Positions 1-1,004 of a stretch of DNA of 1,004 nucleotides are shown piece by piece. The position numbers and the translations under genes are program-made. The stretch lies in the NCBI GenBank assembly GCA_000004985.1, contig GG739625.1; one strand, 5' to 3'. The stretch comes from Naegleria gruberi. Lineage: Eukaryota. Position 1 is the first letter of the stretch, and each line of letters opens with the position of its first letter. Under the pieces are notes generated by a model. It was not told where the DNA came from and searched no databases. It saw only the letters and a program-made list of their open reading frames with translations.

Positions 1-194
1 TAAAAATGAAGGAAAAAAATAATTTAAATGACACAATGATATTGTAATGTCATACAAACAATTTCGTATTTAATTATTTCTTGAATTTTAGCTCCTCAAA
101 AAACCCGACTTGCGATCAGAGGATCTCTTAATCCAGTTTATTGTAAATAAATAATATTAGTGCAAAACCTTCGATCGAAAATTTTAGAAAAATT

Positions 195-205
195 ACTTGC
201 GAATT
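195..205. repeat. Exact 11-bp direct repeat ACTTGCGAATT, copy 1 of 2. An 8-bp partial copy ACTTGCGA also lies at 108-115.
   Basis: Directly seen: acttgcgaatt at 195-205 is identical to 382-392. Confidence 0.85.
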
Positions 206-220
206 TCGGGAAAATAAAAT
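204..220 (+). repeat. Partial copy of the TTTCGGGAAA terminal motif of the inverted-repeat family at 473-485 / 577-589.
   Basis: Directly seen: tttcgggaaaataaaat. The reverse complement of 560-591 reads tttcgggaaattttgtaaaataaaat, which is the same terminal 10-mer plus aaaataaaat with an 8-nt indel. Confidence 0.5.
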
Positions 221-259
221 ATTGCTAGTTCCTGGGCCCCTCGAGTTTATAGTCAATCC

Positions 260-286
260 GACCCTTACTTTTGATTGGACAGGGTC
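260..286. repeat. Hairpin-forming inverted repeat GACCCT (260-265) / AGGGTC (281-286) with a 15-nt loop. It sits in the one relatively GC-rich patch of the window.
   Basis: Directly seen. The weaker outer pairing ccg (258-260) / cgg (291-293) is separated from it by a bulge (aaaa, 287-290). Confidence 0.7.
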
Positions 287-360
287 AAAACGGCTTCTAG
301 GACTCCTGGAGCGATTATAGATATCAAAACACAGTCAAATAGTCGATATTTTGATTTGTC

Positions 361-374
361 AAAAAAAAAAAAAA
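361..374. repeat. Homopolymer A14 tract. Read on the + strand it could be the poly(A) tail of a retroposed element.
   Basis: Directly seen: 14 consecutive A at 361-374, preceded by c360 and followed by gcgctt. Confidence 0.95.
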
Positions 375-381
375 GCGCTTC

Positions 382-392
382 ACTTGCGAATT
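382..392. repeat. Exact 11-bp direct repeat ACTTGCGAATT, copy 2 of 2. It lies 7 nt downstream of the A14 tract.
   Basis: Directly seen: acttgcgaatt at 382-392. The spacer gcgcttc (375-381) separates it from the A-run. Confidence 0.85.
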
Positions 393-456
393 AGACGAAA
401 GTAGCCCATAGTTTATCATCACATAAAAGTTTTTAAAAGATATGGTCGGGGAGAAA

Positions 457-485
457 GTCCGAAATTGGGTGGTCGGGAAATTTTG
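457..485. repeat. Left arm of an imperfect inverted repeat. The perfect 13-bp core TCGGGAAATTTTG lies at 473-485.
   Basis: Directly seen: 473-485 tcgggaaattttg is the exact reverse complement of 577-589 caaaatttcccga. The arm also carries gtccga (457-462) and gggtg (467-471), which recur in inverted order in the right arm. Confidence 0.75.
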
Positions 486-576
486 GAAAAAAATTTTCCA
501 ACTTTTTCAAAGTATGGTGGATAATAACTAGCCTTAATAATGTAGCGGTTGTAATAAACATTTAAATTTTATTTTA

Positions 577-614
577 CAAAATTTCCCGAAACACCCCTAC
601 GAAACCCGTCGGAC
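577..614. repeat. Right arm of an imperfect inverted repeat. Its core lies at 577-589, extended by cacccc (592-597) and tcggac (609-614).
   Basis: Directly seen: the reverse complement of 577-614 reads gtccgacgggtttcgtaggggtgtttcgggaaattttg. The left arm 457-485 reads gtccgaaattgggtggtcgggaaattttg. They share gtccga, gggtg and the 13-bp core, with indels between. Confidence 0.7.
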
Positions 615-860
615 GAAATAATCGGTCTGTGAAAACTATTTTAAATTTTTCTCAAACCCCGTATTTCCCAAAAATGCCCTTACTTCCTACTTGCTCCGTT
701 TGGACTACCTCCCGAACGTTTGGCATCAAACAATGTTTATTATAGTGGATTATTTTGTCCGACAATTTGCAGTGCACCTTCGAGTTATTTAAATAATGAT
801 TTTTTTATATGACACAACACCCCCCCTCGTGACTTTAAGTTACCCTTGTTTTTCAAAAAA

Positions 861-923
861 GGTCCAAAAAGTAAAAAATTTTTTTTCGATTTTTTTTTTC
901 GCTGGTAAAATCGAGAATGGACC
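861..923. repeat. Nested inverted repeat or foldback. The outer pair is GGTCCA (861-866) / TGGACC (918-923). The inner pair is TCGATTTT (886-893) / AAAATCGA (907-914). It encloses A6, T8 and T10 runs.
   Basis: Directly seen. Both pairs are exact reverse complements. The interior is low-complexity sequence (aaaaaa 873-878, T-run 879-886, T-run 890-899). Confidence 0.7.
879..899. repeat. Low-complexity T-rich tract: T8, then cga, then T10.
   Basis: Directly seen: tttttttt (879-886), cga (887-889), tttttttttt (890-899). Confidence 0.9.
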
Positions 924-1004
924 CCGAGCGAAAACAACATAATATCTACATTACTTCGGTGTGACTTATACTGGATATTACAGAATCTCAAACCAAGAGT
1001 TCCT

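Larger units (their letters stand above)
206..374 (+). mobile_element. Candidate short (~170 bp) poly(A)-tailed retroposed, SINE-like insertion flanked by 11-bp direct repeats. Hypothesis only.
   Basis: Inference: the A14 tail at 361-374 and the 11-bp direct repeat flanking 206-381 resemble target-site duplications. Against it: there is a 7-nt gap between the tail and the downstream repeat, and I found no tRNA-type A/B box internally. Confidence 0.2.
457..614. mobile_element. Candidate MITE-like or foldback element (~158 bp) bounded by imperfect terminal inverted repeats with an AT-rich interior. Hypothesis only.
   Basis: Inference from the inverted repeat arms above. The interior 486-576 is AT-rich and non-coding. 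The possible 4-bp flanking direct repeat gaaa (453-456 / 615-618) is too short to count as evidence on its own. Confidence 0.3.

Noticed and set aside
28-36. 9-mer atgacacaa repeated at 28-36 and 809-817, possibly long-range terminal repeats.
   Set aside because: By my rough count about two 9-mer repeats are expected by chance in 1 kb. The flanking sequence does not extend the match, so this is not evidence of TIRs or LTRs.
146-151. AATAAA hexamers (146-151, 213-218, 553-558) as possible polyadenylation signals, and ttttag at 85-90 as a possible splice acceptor.
   Set aside because: Such hexamers occur at high background frequency in AT-rich DNA. No exon or ORF context supports a gene end or intron boundary here.
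230-247. Adjacent ApaI-like GGGCCC (234-239) and XhoI-like CTCGAG (241-246) palindromes, reminiscent of a pBluescript-type polylinker (GGGCCCCCCCTCGAG).
   Set aside because: The C-run length differs (4 here versus 7 in the polylinker). None of the neighbouring polylinker sites (KpnI GGTACC, SalI GTCGAC) is present. The flanks are ordinary AT-rich genomic-looking sequence. I treat this as coincidence rather than vector contamination.
445-486. Degenerate tandem units beginning gtc(c/g)g: gtcggggagaaa (445-456), gtccgaaattgggtg (457-471) and gtcgggaaattttgg (472-486). These could form a microsatellite-like array.
   Set aside because: The units share only ~60-70% identity and there are just three. 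This is better treated as internal structure of the inverted-repeat arm than as a distinct tandem repeat feature.
785-991. 68-aa minus-strand ORF (MRFCNIQYKSHRSNVDIMLFSLGVHSRFYQRKKKSKKNFLLFGPFLKNKGNLKSRGGVLCHIKKSLFK).
   Set aside because: It is lysine- and phenylalanine-rich low-complexity sequence produced by reading through the T8, T10 and A6 runs at 873-899. There is no recognisable domain and no supporting signals. It is the only ORF in an otherwise ORF-free kilobase, so it is most likely a chance open frame.
1-1004. Possible tRNA gene or tRNA-derived SINE head (A box TRGCNNAGTGG, B box GGTTCGANNCC), and prokaryotic signals (sigma70 promoter, RBS, rho-independent terminator, CRISPR repeats).
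   Set aside because: No A-box or B-box match was found on either strand. No cloverleaf-compatible segment is present. There are no regularly spaced direct repeats. With no ORFs, prokaryotic regulatory calls would be meaningless and the many TATAAT-like strings are just AT-richness.

Overview
This 1,004-bp window is AT-rich (roughly two-thirds A+T by eye). I see no protein-coding gene, tRNA, rRNA, CRISPR array or prokaryotic operon structure, and no evidence of a novel biological system. The only ORF in six frames is a 68-aa low-complexity minus-strand read-through of homopolymer tracts. The absence of long ORFs, the A14, T10, T8, T7 and C7 runs, and the many short AT-rich palindromes fit eukaryotic intergenic, intronic or repeat-derived DNA. 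The style resembles an arthropod genome, but I cannot identify the organism. What the sequence does show is interspersed-repeat-like structure. First, a perfect 13-bp core inverted repeat (473-485 / 577-589) is embedded in longer imperfect arms (~457-485 / ~577-614) and brackets ~91 bp of AT-rich DNA. This is a MITE-like or foldback candidate. Second, a third partial copy of that terminal motif lies at 204-220. Third, an A14 tract at 361-374 lies downstream of a ~170-bp segment bracketed by an exact 11-bp direct repeat (195-205 / 382-392). This could be a short poly(A)-tailed retroposed insertion with target-site duplications. Fourth, a GC-clamped hairpin at 260-286 is followed 9 nt later by CTAG, which resembles a Helitron 3' end. 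Fifth, a nested foldback lies at 861-923. All mobile-element interpretations are inferences from short repeats in a 1-kb window and need genome-wide copy evidence.
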